From Candidatus Bathyarchaeota archaeon (GTDB taxonomy: Archaea; Thermoproteota; Bathyarchaeia; 40CM-2-53-6; RBG-13-38-9): a stretch of 64,000 bases of DNA. Location of the stretch: NCBI GenBank assembly GCA_018396915.1, contig JAGTRD010000003.1, forward strand, positions 173-64,172, read 5' to 3'. Under the pieces are notes generated by a model. That model did no database searches. It was not told the DNA's origin and was given only the letters and a program-made list of their open reading frames with translations. Made by a program: the position numbers and the translations under genes. This document shows positions 48,842-58,608 of the stretch, one piece after another; the first letter of the stretch is position 1; each line of letters opens with the position of its first letter.

Positions 48842-50245
48842 ATGTCGATGATGAGGAGTATTGAGAGGGAGTACTGTACAGTCAGCAGAATATCTGGTCC
48901 GCTGCTGTTCGTGAGGGCGGTGAGTGGGGTTGGGTATGGAGAGATAGTTAGGATAACGACCCCAAGCGGTGAGGAGAGGAGAGGCCAGGTCCTCGAAGTC
49001 GGTGAAGATATGGCGGTGGTTCAAGTATTTGAGGGGACATCAGGTCTAGATGTCCCATCGACGAGAGTATCATTCAGCGGAGAGACGATTAAGCTCCCCG
49101 TATCCTCAGATATGTTGGGTAGGATCTTCGACGGAAGCGGGAAACCCATAGACGGTGGGCCGAAAATTATTCCAGAGGATTACCTTGACGTTCACGGATC
49201 CCCGATCAACCCTTATTCAAGGGAGTATCCGAGAGACTTTATTCAGACAGGAATCTCTACAATAGACGGAATGAATACCCTGGTCAGGGGGCAGAAGCTG
49301 CCGCTATTCTCAGGTTCAGGCCTACCACACAACACAATAGTGGCACAGATTGCGAGGCAGGCTAAGGTCAGGGGGACCGAGGAGCCTTTCACAACAGTTT
49401 TCGCCGCCATGGGTATAACAGCGGATGAGGCTAGATTCTTCATGGAAGATTTCGAGAGGCAAGGGGCATTCGAACATGTGACCCTATTCATAAATTTGGC
49501 TGACGACCCGGCGATAGAGAGGATTCTAACCCCTAGGATAGCCCTGACAGCAGCTGAGTTCTTCGCCCATAGGTTAGGCATGCATGTACTAGTTATTCTG
49601 ACGGATATGACAAACTACTGTGAGGCTCTGAGGGAGATATCTGCAGCTAGGGAGGAGGTTCCTGGAAGGAGAGGGTACCCAGGCTACATGTATACAGACC
49701 TGGCTACAATATATGAGAGGGCTGGTCGAACACATGGAAGTAAAGGTTCCGTCACCCAGATGCCTATCCTGACTATGCCTCATGACGATATGACCCATCC
49801 CATACCTGACCTTACCGGCTACATAACCGAGGGGCAGATAATAGTGGATAGGGGCCTATACCGTAAAGGCGTATACCCACCGATAGATGTCTCACCATCC
49901 CTGTCGAGGCTGATGAAGGAGGGCATAGGTAAGGGTAGGACCAGGGAAGACCACAGGGAGGTTTCAGACCAGCTGTATTATGCTTACGCTGAGGGTAGGG
50001 GGTTCAGGGATCTAGTAGCTGTGGTTGGTGAGGAAGCCCTATCCGCTAGGGACAAGCTCTATCTGAAGTTTGCAGACGAATTCGAGAGGAGATTCGTCAA
50101 TCAGGGTGTCTATGAGGATAGGGATATTGATGAGACCCTTGATCTGGGATGGGAACTATTGACGATGCTTCCTGAAGGTGAGTTGAAGAGGATAGACCCC
50201 CAGACCATAAAGACGTACCATCCAAAATATAGAAGGCCAAGCTGA
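48842..50245 (+). CDS. atpB: A/V-type ATP synthase subunit B
   Basis: [44 protein letters not shown]. Confidence 0.97.
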   Translation: MSMMRSIEREYCTVSRISGPLLFVRAVSGVGYGEIVRITTPSGEERRGQVLEVGEDMAVVQVFEGTSGLDVPSTRVSFSGETIKLPVSSDMLGRIFDGSGKPIDGGPKIIPEDYLDVHGSPINPYSREYPRDFIQTGISTIDGMNTLVRGQKLPLFSGSGLPHNTIVAQIARQAKVRGTEEPFTTVFAAMGITADEARFFMEDFERQGAFEHVTLFINLADDPAIERILTPRIALTAAEFFAHRLGMHVLVILTDMTNYCEALREISAAREEVPGRRGYPGYMYTDLATIYERAGRTHGSKGSVTQMPILTMPHDDMTHPIPDLTGYITEGQIIVDRGLYRKGVYPPIDVSPSLSRLMKEGIGKGRTREDHREVSDQLYYAYAEGRGFRDLVAVVGEEALSARDKLYLKFADEFERRFVNQGVYEDRDIDETLDLGWELLTMLPEGELKRIDPQTIKTYHPKYRRPS

Positions 50246-50260
50246 GTAAGGGTTCCTCGA

Positions 50261-50899
50261 ATGCCAGAGCAGTTGATGGATGTCCATCCGACGAGGATGG
50301 AGCTTCTTGCCCTCCGCAAGAGGATGGAGATAGCGGAGAGGGGGAGGGACCTTCTCAGAGAGAAGCTTGACGCAATGATGATTGAATTTTTCGAGTTTGT
50401 AAGGGAGATCTCGAACCTTAGGGCTAAGGCTCAGAAGGTCCTCGGCGAGGCATACTCAGCATTCAGTGAAGCTCAGATGATCCTTGGATTCACAAAGCTG
50501 AGGGAGATATCATATGGAGTAGGGGATAGGTTTGACGTAATAGCGAAGACAAGGAACGTCATAGGTGTCTCCATACCAAGCTTGCAGGTTGAGATGAAGC
50601 CCCTGAATACCCTTCCATATGGGATGTTGGATACGACAGCGAGACTCGACGAGGCCTCCCTAGCCATGGCTGAGGCTATAAGAATCTTGGTTGAACTCTC
50701 AGCTGTCGAGGCTGCTGTCATCAAGTTGGCTGAGGCAATAGCCTCTGTCAAGAGGAGGGTCAACAGTCTAGAATATGTGATAATTCCAAGAATGATAAAT
50801 ACCATACGGTACATCAGGATGCATCTTGAGGAGAGGGAGAGGGAGGACTTCTTCAGGTTGAAGATGATCAAGGGGAGGTTGAGGGGGCCCTCCTCTTGA
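50261..50899 (+). CDS. atpD: A/V-type ATP synthase subunit D
   Basis: PTRMEL, KRRVNSLE, EREREDFFRLK. Confidence 0.95.
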   Translation: MPEQLMDVHPTRMELLALRKRMEIAERGRDLLREKLDAMMIEFFEFVREISNLRAKAQKVLGEAYSAFSEAQMILGFTKLREISYGVGDRFDVIAKTRNVIGVSIPSLQVEMKPLNTLPYGMLDTTARLDEASLAMAEAIRILVELSAVEAAVIKLAEAIASVKRRVNSLEYVIIPRMINTIRYIRMHLEEREREDFFRLKMIKGRLRGPSS

Positions 50900-51236
50900 T
50901 TGATAGGATAGCTTCAGCAAGGTCCCCCCCAGAATCTTCCAAGGCCCTCCTAGCCTCATCCAGAGAGACGTTGGTCTGTCGAGCAACCAACTCAACGTCA
51001 CCCTCAGGTATTCCAGGCTTAGCCTCTAACCTGATATTCTCCTCCCTCAAGTTTCCACCAGCCACCTGAAATATTCTTTGACCCTGAACCACAATAGACA
51101 TAACCGTAGGCTCCTCAATGATTATCCTCTTATCACCTGTTGTGATAGTGACATCCCTCACACCATCCAAGGGTTTGGTCTCCATACCCATCCTCTGCAT
51201 CATTCTCAGAGCCTCTCTGCTTGGGATTCCCCTCAT
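50868..51236 (-). CDS. nac: Nascent polypeptide-associated complex protein
   Basis: RMMQRMGM, NAC barrel, UBA-like DVELVARQ...GDLAEAI. Confidence 0.9.
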   Translation of the reverse strand: MRGIPSREALRMMQRMGMETKPLDGVRDVTITTGDKRIIIEEPTVMSIVVQGQRIFQVAGGNLREENIRLEAKPGIPEGDVELVARQTNVSLDEARRALEDSGGDLAEAILSIKRRAPSTSP

Positions 51237-51325
51237 CGACCTCAAGACCCTGTGCGCCAAACCGAACACCTCAAACTGAAAATACTCTTACTTGTAGGCC
51301 TGATAATCTTTATGTTTAATAAAAT

Positions 51326-51841
51326 TCAGGGTTGAGACGAAGATCTCCCCATCTCACATACACCCTTCCTAACCTTCACAGCCAAGCCTAGTCTAAATGA
51401 AGTCATCTCAACACCGCTCAGAACAGCCTTACCAACAGCTAGCAACCTACCGTACCTGTCAACTATGAGAACCTCGCTTCTAGGCCTTATCGCTGGATCA
51501 GCCTCCAAAACATGCTTGGCGAAGAGGCTCCTACCCTCCTTGATGAACTCTTCAAAGCCCTCCTTAACCTTCACCGTCAAAGGAGTTTCAGAACCCATTC
51601 TATCAACAAGCCTCTTGGCCCCATCGATCGTTAAGCTCAGGAGCCCATCGCTGCTTCTGAGGGTTGCCAGAACCTTACCCCTGTAAATGATGAGTCTAAC
51701 CCTACCAGTCCGTTGGGAGCGTGTAACCTTCACACCCTTAGGGAAGAGGACCCTGCCTGTCTGGCCTCCGAACTGGTAGTTGGCGACACCCCTTATCCTC
51801 CTCAGCTCCCATAGAGTAGGCTTGTCCATTGTCCCTCGCAA
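51326..51841 (-). CDS. PUA-domain protein resembling the C-terminal part of archaeosine tRNA-guanine transglycosylase
   Basis: ANYQFG, TGRVR, ATLR..DG, SLFAKHV..AD..IRP..EV, AVKVRKG. Confidence 0.85.
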   Translation of the reverse strand: MRGTMDKPTLWELRRIRGVANYQFGGQTGRVLFPKGVKVTRSQRTGRVRLIIYRGKVLATLRSSDGLLSLTIDGAKRLVDRMGSETPLTVKVKEGFEEFIKEGRSLFAKHVLEADPAIRPRSEVLIVDRYGRLLAVGKAVLSGVEMTSFRLGLAVKVRKGVCEMGRSSSQP

Positions 51842-51888
51842 AACTAATAGCCTTGCACCGAATTTAAGTTTCCACAGTTCCTTGAAGG

Positions 51889-52389
51889 ATGTGTTTAAAT
51901 TTGAACTGTGAAGTGTGCGGCTCAGTCATACATGGAAACCCTAAGAGAATAGTTCTTGAAGGCACGAGGCTCGTCGTATGTTCAGAATGCTCTGTACTGG
52001 GTGAACCTGACCTGAAGCCTCAATTTGAATCAACCGTTAAACCCAAACCTGCGAAAGCCCAAACTATAAGATTTGGCTCCAGTAGACTTCCTAAGGAGTT
52101 TGAGGAACTGGACATAGTCGAGGACTTCTCAGAGAGAATAAGGGATGCTAGGGAGAAGATGGGTATAACCCAGAAGGACCTTGCTAAGATGGTGAAGGAA
52201 CGCCTCTCCATAATACAGAAGTTGGAGGTTGGCAAGATGGTTCCTGACATGAGGCTGGCACGGATGCTTGAACATGCGCTCAAGATCAAACTCCTCACAC
52301 CTAGAAGCGAGCCTGAGGTAGAAGATGTCGAAGGAGCTGAGTATGAGCTTACCCTAGGAGACGTAATCCAGTATAGGAAGAAGGATTAG
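51889..52389 (+). CDS. Archaeal multiprotein bridging factor aMBF1
   Basis: CEVCG...VCSEC Zn ribbon, HTH (IRDAREKMGITQKDLA), TLGD. Confidence 0.92.
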   Translation: MCLNLNCEVCGSVIHGNPKRIVLEGTRLVVCSECSVLGEPDLKPQFESTVKPKPAKAQTIRFGSSRLPKEFEELDIVEDFSERIRDAREKMGITQKDLAKMVKERLSIIQKLEVGKMVPDMRLARMLEHALKIKLLTPRSEPEVEDVEGAEYELTLGDVIQYRKKD

Positions 52390-52441
52390 AGTTACATGAT
52401 TCAATTCATCGCACCCTTCTCAGCCTGAGAGAGGCTTCCGG

Positions 52442-52984
52442 TTGAGAGTTATAGTGCTGCGTTGGGGGCACAGACCCAGAGATTTCAGGGTGACAAGCCA
52501 CGTTGCCTTAACCGCAAGGGCATTCGGAGCCTCAGGCATCATTATCGCAGATGTCTCTGACAAGACAATCGAAAAGACAGTCAGGAAAGTCGTGGAGGAG
52601 TGGGGTGGACCATTCAGTGTGGAGATGGGTATCCCATGGAGGAGATGCGTAAAAGAATGGAGAGATAATGGTGGCGTAACAGTCCACCTCACAGTTTATG
52701 GAGAGAACATTCAGACAAGCGATGTCATGAATAGAATAAGGTCTTTGGGACGAGACCTCCTCATACTTATTGGAAGCCGGAAGGTACCGTCAGAATTCTA
52801 TAAACCTGAGTTTTCAGACTTTAACGTTGCCGTTGGAAATCAGCCCCACTCAGAAGTTGCGGCTTTAGCTGTTTTCTTGGACAGACTGTTCAATGGAGAA
52901 GAATTGTCTAGGGAATTCTCAAGTGCCAAGTTGAGGGTTTTGCCCTCCAGACATGGTAAGAAGATTCTGAAGGTATCTACGTGA
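52442..52984 (+). CDS. tRNA (cytidine(56)-2'-O)-methyltransferase aTrm56
   Basis: LRWGHR..RD.RVTSHV.LTARAFGA, NQPHSEVAALAVFLD. Confidence 0.95.
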   Translation: MRVIVLRWGHRPRDFRVTSHVALTARAFGASGIIIADVSDKTIEKTVRKVVEEWGGPFSVEMGIPWRRCVKEWRDNGGVTVHLTVYGENIQTSDVMNRIRSLGRDLLILIGSRKVPSEFYKPEFSDFNVAVGNQPHSEVAALAVFLDRLFNGEELSREFSSAKLRVLPSRHGKKILKVST

Positions 52985-53228
52985 AACTGTTGGAAGGACG
53001 ATTTTTCGGCTCCATATGAAATAAACAGTTTACTGGGATAATAATTTAAAATAGGAATTACATTTAATATATTGTGACGGTTGGTGAAACTCGCCAGAAG
53101 GGTTACAAGGGATATAGAAATACCTAGCAGCCTGTGACGCTGCAAAGTATGATGAATACATGAGGATTGGCCCAACCCAGATCTAAACCTAACATGAAAT
53201 TACAAGAGGACAGGTTGAGGATGCGCCT

Positions 53229-53735
53229 ATGACGCCCTACGATGATGAGCTCATCAAGGTTGCAGGTCTCCTAGGTGAGGAGGACGCTACCAAGATAGTA
53301 ACATCCCTGATGAAACTCAAAGAAGCAACAGATGAAGTTATAGCAAACGATTCAGGGGTCAGAATAAACATTGTGAGGAAGGTCCTCTACAAATTATATG
53401 ATAAGGCTTTGGTCTCATGTACAAGGGTTAGGGATGAGAAGACAGGATGGTTCGTATTCTACTGGAGGCTCCAACCTGAACAGTTAGATGCCTTCATAAG
53501 GAGTAGAAAGAGGAAGAGTGTAGAGAAGCTGAAGGCAAGGCTGGAGTATGAGAAGTCACATAGCTTCTTCACCTGCAACAAGTGCAGCAACATCAGACTG
53601 CCATTCGAGGAGGCTATCGAGACCGTCTTCAAATGTCCAAAATGCAGCGGGCAACTTGTTGAATGTGACAATAGCAAGATAATAGACGAACTATCGAAAG
53701 TAATTCAGAAGCTTGAGGGCGAACTCTCAGATTAA
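53229..53735 (+). CDS. tfe: Transcription factor E alpha
   Basis: Winged helix TDE.IA...VRKVLYKL, GWF.FYW, Zn ribbon CNKC...FKCPKC. Confidence 0.95.
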   Translation: MTPYDDELIKVAGLLGEEDATKIVTSLMKLKEATDEVIANDSGVRINIVRKVLYKLYDKALVSCTRVRDEKTGWFVFYWRLQPEQLDAFIRSRKRKSVEKLKARLEYEKSHSFFTCNKCSNIRLPFEEAIETVFKCPKCSGQLVECDNSKIIDELSKVIQKLEGELSD

Positions 53736-53813
53736 CATGTAGAACAGGAGTTTCAATTCTAAGAGAACGAGACGATTAGAATCTAAGATATCTGATGTTT
53801 GACCGGTAAAATA

Positions 53814-53950
53814 TCAGGATTCTTGAAGTAGTAAAGATCCCCCCTTCACGAATATGCCTGCCGGAGCAACACCCTTGACAGCATCAGGGTCAATATGGCA
53901 ACTGTGGTCAACGCTACAAGGGCAAGTATACCTTCAGCTATCATCGCCAA
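53814..53950 (-). pseudogene. Frameshifted relic resembling carbon starvation protein CstA
   Basis: LAMIAEGILALVALTTVAILT / PDAVKGVAPAGIFVKGGSLLL across a 1-nt shift. Confidence 0.35.
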
Positions 53951-54016
53951 CGATAAAGCATACCGGAAAACAAGTATCCTTAATATTATAATTCAGATGT
54001 AAATAGTGAGCCGACT

Positions 54017-55111
54017 ATGTCGAATAAAGAATTATCTATCGTATTGGAGTCGCCGAGGAGAGTGGTACCCCGATACTTCGATATTCCAACAGTAGGCTCA
54101 GAAGGATTGTTGCTGAAAGTCGAGGCTGTCAGCATATGCGGCTCAGACGCTGAAAGGTATATTGGTGTGAAGTTCGGTGGACCATTGTCCTCACCCTTAC
54201 CGATAATAATGGGCCATGAGGTTGTAGGCACAGTACACCAGATCGGTGAGGAGGCCTCAAAACATTACGGCGTCGACAGGGGAGACAGGATTGTTGTTGA
54301 ACCGTACATTCTATGCGGTAGATGCAGGTATTGCCTCACAGGATACTACCAACTCTGCGTTAACGTTAGATGTTATGGGATAAATATATCATGTGAGGAG
54401 CCACCCCACCTATGGGGGGCCTACGGCCAGTACATGTACGTAGCACCAAACTCTAGGGTTCACAAGATCTCAACATCAGTTCCAAAGGAGGAGGCGTGTC
54501 TTGCATCAACCTTAGGAAACGCTTTCAGGTGGGTATGCACAAAAGGCGACGTTAAGCCTGGGGAGACTGTGGCTGTGTTGGGGCCAGGCCCCCAAGGCTT
54601 GGCGACAGTCATGGTTGCCCAGCATGCAGGGGCGGGAAAGATTATTCTGGCAGGGACCTCAATCGATAGGAGGAGACTCCAGCTTGGAATAGAGTATGGA
54701 GCAGACCACACAGTAAACGTTGATGAGAGAGATCTAATGGAGGCGGTTTCAGACTTTACCTCAGGGGAGATGGCTGATAAGGTGATATGTACAACAGGAT
54801 CTGTAAAGGCAATCTCTGAAGCGGTAAGGCTTTTGAAGCCTCTGGGGGTCTGTGTCATACCAGGCCTGACCGGCGGCAGGACGGTTCCAATATTGACAGA
54901 TGAAATTGTGACAAAAGAGTTGAGGATCATAGGAGGTTTGGGCCAGCCTTGGAATGTGGAAGCAGCTATAAAACTGTTGGAGAGCAGGAAGTATCCGGTG
55001 GGGAAGATGGCTACACACATCCTCAGCTTGGATGAGGCGGATAAAGGGTTGAGGTTGGCAGCCCAAGAGGTTGAAGGTGAGGATCCGATCAAGGTTGTCC
55101 TCACACCTTAA
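54017..55111 (+). CDS. Zn-dependent MDR alcohol dehydrogenase
   Basis: CGSD, GHE, CGRCRYC...C, GPGPQG. Confidence 0.9.
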   Translation: MSNKELSIVLESPRRVVPRYFDIPTVGSEGLLLKVEAVSICGSDAERYIGVKFGGPLSSPLPIIMGHEVVGTVHQIGEEASKHYGVDRGDRIVVEPYILCGRCRYCLTGYYQLCVNVRCYGINISCEEPPHLWGAYGQYMYVAPNSRVHKISTSVPKEEACLASTLGNAFRWVCTKGDVKPGETVAVLGPGPQGLATVMVAQHAGAGKIILAGTSIDRRRLQLGIEYGADHTVNVDERDLMEAVSDFTSGEMADKVICTTGSVKAISEAVRLLKPLGVCVIPGLTGGRTVPILTDEIVTKELRIIGGLGQPWNVEAAIKLLESRKYPVGKMATHILSLDEADKGLRLAAQEVEGEDPIKVVLTP

Positions 55112-55634
55112 GAGAGGCCTGCCAACTTTAAGGGAAGCGATGCGTCTACTGAGAAGAAAGGGTTGCAACAGCAAGATCGTTGAACATTCGATCCTAGTAT
55201 CGGAGAAGGCTGAGAAGCTAGCCGAGAAATGTTTGAGGAGAGGGTTGAACGTTGACTTGGAGCTTGTTAGGATCGGAGGATTACTCCACGATCTAGGCCG
55301 GTCTGTTACTGCAGATGTCAGGCATGGAGTTGTAGGGGCTGAGATTCTGAGGAAGGCTGGATTCGATGAGGGACTGGCGAGGATAGTTGAGAGGCATGTA
55401 GGCGCCGGTATACCGAGATGCGAGGCTGAAGCCTTAGGCCTACCATCAAGAGATTACATGCCGGAAACATTGGAGGAGAAGATAGTTTGCTACGCCGATA
55501 AACTTGCGGCTGGAGACAAGATTATCAGTATCGATCAAGTCTTGAAAGAATACTCTAGCAGATTGGGGTCAGAGCATCCAGCAATATCCAGGATAAAAAA
55601 GCTTCATGAAGAGATTATGGGCATCATAGAATGA
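55095..55634 (+). CDS. HD-domain protein (TIGR00295-like)
   Basis: EHS, LLHDLGR, RHG, ERHVGAG, EEKIVCYAD; TTG 55095 follows an AGGTGAGG RBS. Confidence 0.88.
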   Translation: MSSHLKRGLPTLREAMRLLRRKGCNSKIVEHSILVSEKAEKLAEKCLRRGLNVDLELVRIGGLLHDLGRSVTADVRHGVVGAEILRKAGFDEGLARIVERHVGAGIPRCEAEALGLPSRDYMPETLEEKIVCYADKLAAGDKIISIDQVLKEYSSRLGSEHPAISRIKKLHEEIMGIIE

Positions 55635-55635
55635 T

Positions 55636-56415
55636 GTGTCGATGAAGGTTCTGTTATCAGAGAGGTTAGATGAGCACATAAAGGTTGAGGGACTCAAAGA
55701 GTTGGAGGCTGAGCTTGAGAGAGAAACTTCAGACCTCAAAGTAAATATCATGAATCTTCAGGTTGAGGTGGACGGTTGGGTCAGCCTCGAATATGAAGGT
55801 GAAGACAGCGAAATATTCACTGAGACCCTGAGAAGAAGATACGGGTTCGCTCCAACTCAAACCTCAAGCCTCAGGTTGGGAGACACCTATAAAGGCTTCA
55901 TAAGAGATTCTGGTAAGACTGTGGAGAATATATGCATTGACGTAGGGATAATCTATCCTAAAAGAAAATACTGTTTCTATCCAGCGTCTAGGTTAAGAGC
56001 CCAACTCGCCGACGGCTCCCCTGAACCTGTAAAGAGGATAAGGGAGATGTTCTGCCTCCACGAAGGGTTACCCATAAAAATTAGGATGGAGGGGATTGAA
56101 AGGTCTGGTAGAATATGTGTAGCCCTCACAGATAGGCAGGAGGAGACCCTGAAGAGATGGAGAAGAACACCGCCTGACAGGATCATAGTCATAGGCGCGG
56201 TTACGAGCAGAATATCGGAGGCTATTAGAGAAGCAAATTTGGAATGGGATATAATAAACGTGGTCAGGCTGAGCCTTACAGCGAGCATCCTAGAATGTAA
56301 GCTTGGAAGGAGTGTGGAAAATATTGTTTCAAAGTTGAGGCCCAGACTTCCGAAATCGATGTTGAAAACCTTAATATCAACCAGAGACCTCGAGCCGGAG
56401 ACAGGAAGCCTTTAA
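55636..56415 (+). CDS. DUF2110-like conserved archaeal protein
   Basis: GED.E, G.I.D.GK...IDVG motifs; usual position after the tfe/HD genes. Confidence 0.7.
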   Translation: MSMKVLLSERLDEHIKVEGLKELEAELERETSDLKVNIMNLQVEVDGWVSLEYEGEDSEIFTETLRRRYGFAPTQTSSLRLGDTYKGFIRDSGKTVENICIDVGIIYPKRKYCFYPASRLRAQLADGSPEPVKRIREMFCLHEGLPIKIRMEGIERSGRICVALTDRQEETLKRWRRTPPDRIIVIGAVTSRISEAIREANLEWDIINVVRLSLTASILECKLGRSVENIVSKLRPRLPKSMLKTLISTRDLEPETGSL

Positions 56416-56453
56416 GTTAAGGTTGATCTCCATAAATACGGCAGTGATCTAGT

Positions 56454-56654
56454 ATGGTGAAGGCTGACATATCCTCCGGATCATACTCTGACGAGCAGAT
56501 AGAGGAGATACTTGATCTGCAGAGGGACATAATACGTAACAACGTCGAGTTTTTGAAGAATGAGATCAGATACTTTCCATTCCTCTCCATAGCGATAGCT
56601 TTCCTACTAGGTTTCCTACTCGGCTTAGCTAAAGCCCCGAGATCCAAGAAATAG
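56454..56654 (+). CDS. Small tail-anchored protein, DUF883-like C terminus
   Basis: Helical N terminus then PFLSIAIAFLLGFLLG plus basic tail. Confidence 0.6.
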   Translation: MVKADISSGSYSDEQIEEILDLQRDIIRNNVEFLKNEIRYFPFLSIAIAFLLGFLLGLAKAPRSKK

Positions 56655-56721
56655 TTGGATGACCTCAGATACGAGAGATTTATATGAGATGAAAGGGCTT
56701 AACATCAGGAGTTGATACTTT

Positions 56722-56916
56722 ATGACTGAGAAGGTTAAGTTGAGCCCCGAAGAATTGCAGAAGAGAATAAAAGAGGTTAGAGACCTCGCTGAGAAGTCTA
56801 AGCTCGAGATAGAGGAGATGCTGAGGAAGAGGCCTCTGGAGTCTGCTGGAGTAGTCTTCATAGCTGGGATAGTTATAGGTATTCTTATAGGTGTATCACT
56901 CTCAAGGCGCAGTTGA
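56722..56916 (+). CDS. YqjD/ElaB (DUF883)-like tail-anchored protein
   Basis: Charged helix, RKRPLESAGVVFIAGIVIGILIG, basic tail SRRS. Confidence 0.7.
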   Translation: MTEKVKLSPEELQKRIKEVRDLAEKSKLEIEEMLRKRPLESAGVVFIAGIVIGILIGVSLSRRS

Positions 56917-57221
56917 AAATGTCCAGAGGATTCATAGAAAATTTGATCGAGTTGTTCTCATCAGCAATAGTCAGAGAGATGCTGATCGACCTAGATAAAA
57001 GGTTGAAAATATACGTCACAGATATGATCCATGGAATATTGAAGAGAATAATCTTGACTATTGCTGGTATCACCCTAACCATGGTTGGAATAATATTTCT
57101 ACTGATCGCCTCCGCAATATACTTGGGTGAGTATCTCCACTCAAGCTGGATGGGTTGTGGTATAGTAGGGATCATAATAGTTATTGCAGGCCTAATACTA
57201 TACGCTGCCAGTCACCGTTGA
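56913..57221 (+). CDS. YqjE-like / holin-superfamily 2-TM protein
   Basis: Helical N terminus plus two TM helices; TTGA start/stop overlap with the previous gene. Confidence 0.6.
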   Translation: MKMSRGFIENLIELFSSAIVREMLIDLDKRLKIYVTDMIHGILKRIILTIAGITLTMVGIIFLLIASAIYLGEYLHSSWMGCGIVGIIIVIAGLILYAASHR

Positions 57222-57254
57222 AGGCTGAGGACCCAAGGGCAGATACCTATAAAA

Positions 57255-58061
57255 ATGCTACAACACATATCATGGAGAGTTGAGCAAGTCATGGACCTGA
57301 GTCAGAATATTAACAGCTCAATGGATTATGTTAGGGGATTATTCACAGACATCGGGAGACTCGTCATACTGATCATCTTAAACATCATTCCAATAGTGAA
57401 CCTCATAATTATTGGGTATATGGCGAAGACCGTTAAGGAGACCCCTACCTCGGAGAGTCCACCTAGACTTGAAGGTTATGGAGGCCTATGGATAGATGGG
57501 TTGAAGGTTGCGGTGGCCTCGATAATCTACATGATCATACCCCTGATACTTGTGATTTTGGGGGCGTTCTCGATCTTTATGCCTATGATGCCCCGCCACA
57601 TTATCGGCCTGACGCCTATATCGCTCGGTCTAGGCTTTGCACTCATGATCGTGGGAGTTATACTAACATTCGTCATAGCGATCATTATGGCGATGGCTAT
57701 CGTCCACATGGTGAAGACTGAAAGCTTCGCAAAGGCCTTCGAGATCAGTGAGATCCTCAAAATAATCAATATGATAGGTTGGGGGAAGTATATTCTCTGG
57801 TTGATAGTTATGTTCATCCTCGCCATCATAGTAGGAGCCGCAGGATCTATTCCGGCGATAGGTTGGCTCATCTCACTCATCATATCACCGATATTCGGCG
57901 TATTCGCAGCGAGGTCAGCAGCCCTACTATATGTAGACGCTAAAGGTCCAAAAGAGGTTCCTGAGAGAAAGTTTGAGAGGAGATTCTGCATCGCATGTGG
58001 ATCCGAGATTCCACCTGAAGCAGTCTATTGCACAGTCTGCGGGAAACCTCAACAGGCATAA
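57255..58061 (+). CDS. DUF4013 membrane protein with C-terminal zinc ribbon
   Basis: IIPIVNLIIIGY, PP..E.YG.LWIDGLK, CIACG...CTVCG. Confidence 0.85.
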   Translation: MLQHISWRVEQVMDLSQNINSSMDYVRGLFTDIGRLVILIILNIIPIVNLIIIGYMAKTVKETPTSESPPRLEGYGGLWIDGLKVAVASIIYMIIPLILVILGAFSIFMPMMPRHIIGLTPISLGLGFALMIVGVILTFVIAIIMAMAIVHMVKTESFAKAFEISEILKIINMIGWGKYILWLIVMFILAIIVGAAGSIPAIGWLISLIISPIFGVFAARSAALLYVDAKGPKEVPERKFERRFCIACGSEIPPEAVYCTVCGKPQQA

Positions 58062-58092
58062 CCTCACATAAACCCTCTAGCCTTTCTTTCAA

Positions 58093-58512
58093 CTACTCCC
58101 CTACGATCTGTACAATTATCTCCCTCTTCCTAGGTCGAACATCAAGTTCAACTAAGACTATTTGCTGCCATGTTCCAAGGGTCAACCTACTGTTTATGAA
58201 TGGAACTGTGAGGCTGGGTCCAAGCATCGAGGCCCTCACATGTGAGTGGCCGTTCCCGTCATGCCACCTCCTCTCATGTTCATAACCTATGCCTTTAGGG
58301 AAGAGTCTCTCCAGAGCAGCTGGAAAGTCTCGGAGTAAGCCACTCTCATACTCGATCGTTGTCAAAGCGCCTGTTGAACCTGGAATGAAGACTGTTACAA
58401 TACCATTTCTTAAACCTGAGTCTCCAACAGCATTCTCAACACTGTCCGTCAAGTCTATCATATCAACCTCGCCTTTGGTCTCCACAGAGATTCTCCTAGT
58501 CACCACAACCAC
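58093..58512 (-). CDS. YjbQ (UPF0047) family protein
   Basis: GSTGA, YEH, NGHSH, LGTWQ..ELD..R. Confidence 0.92.
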   Translation of the reverse strand: MVVVTRRISVETKGEVDMIDLTDSVENAVGDSGLRNGIVTVFIPGSTGALTTIEYESGLLRDFPAALERLFPKGIGYEHERRWHDGNGHSHVRASMLGPSLTVPFINSRLTLGTWQQIVLVELDVRPRKREIIVQIVGE

Positions 58513-58608
58513 AGATCGTCACCTCCAAAGATTTAATGTTAAGATCTGGTGGGTGAGAGATAAACGGATTGAGTCGGGGTAGATGTAGATATGCTGCAAC
58601 GCTGTCCG

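Noticed and set aside
53080..53200. Possible C/D box sRNA upstream of tfe (ATGATGA at ~53149, small hairpin at ~53082)
   Set aside because: No correctly spaced CTGA D box and no identifiable guide.
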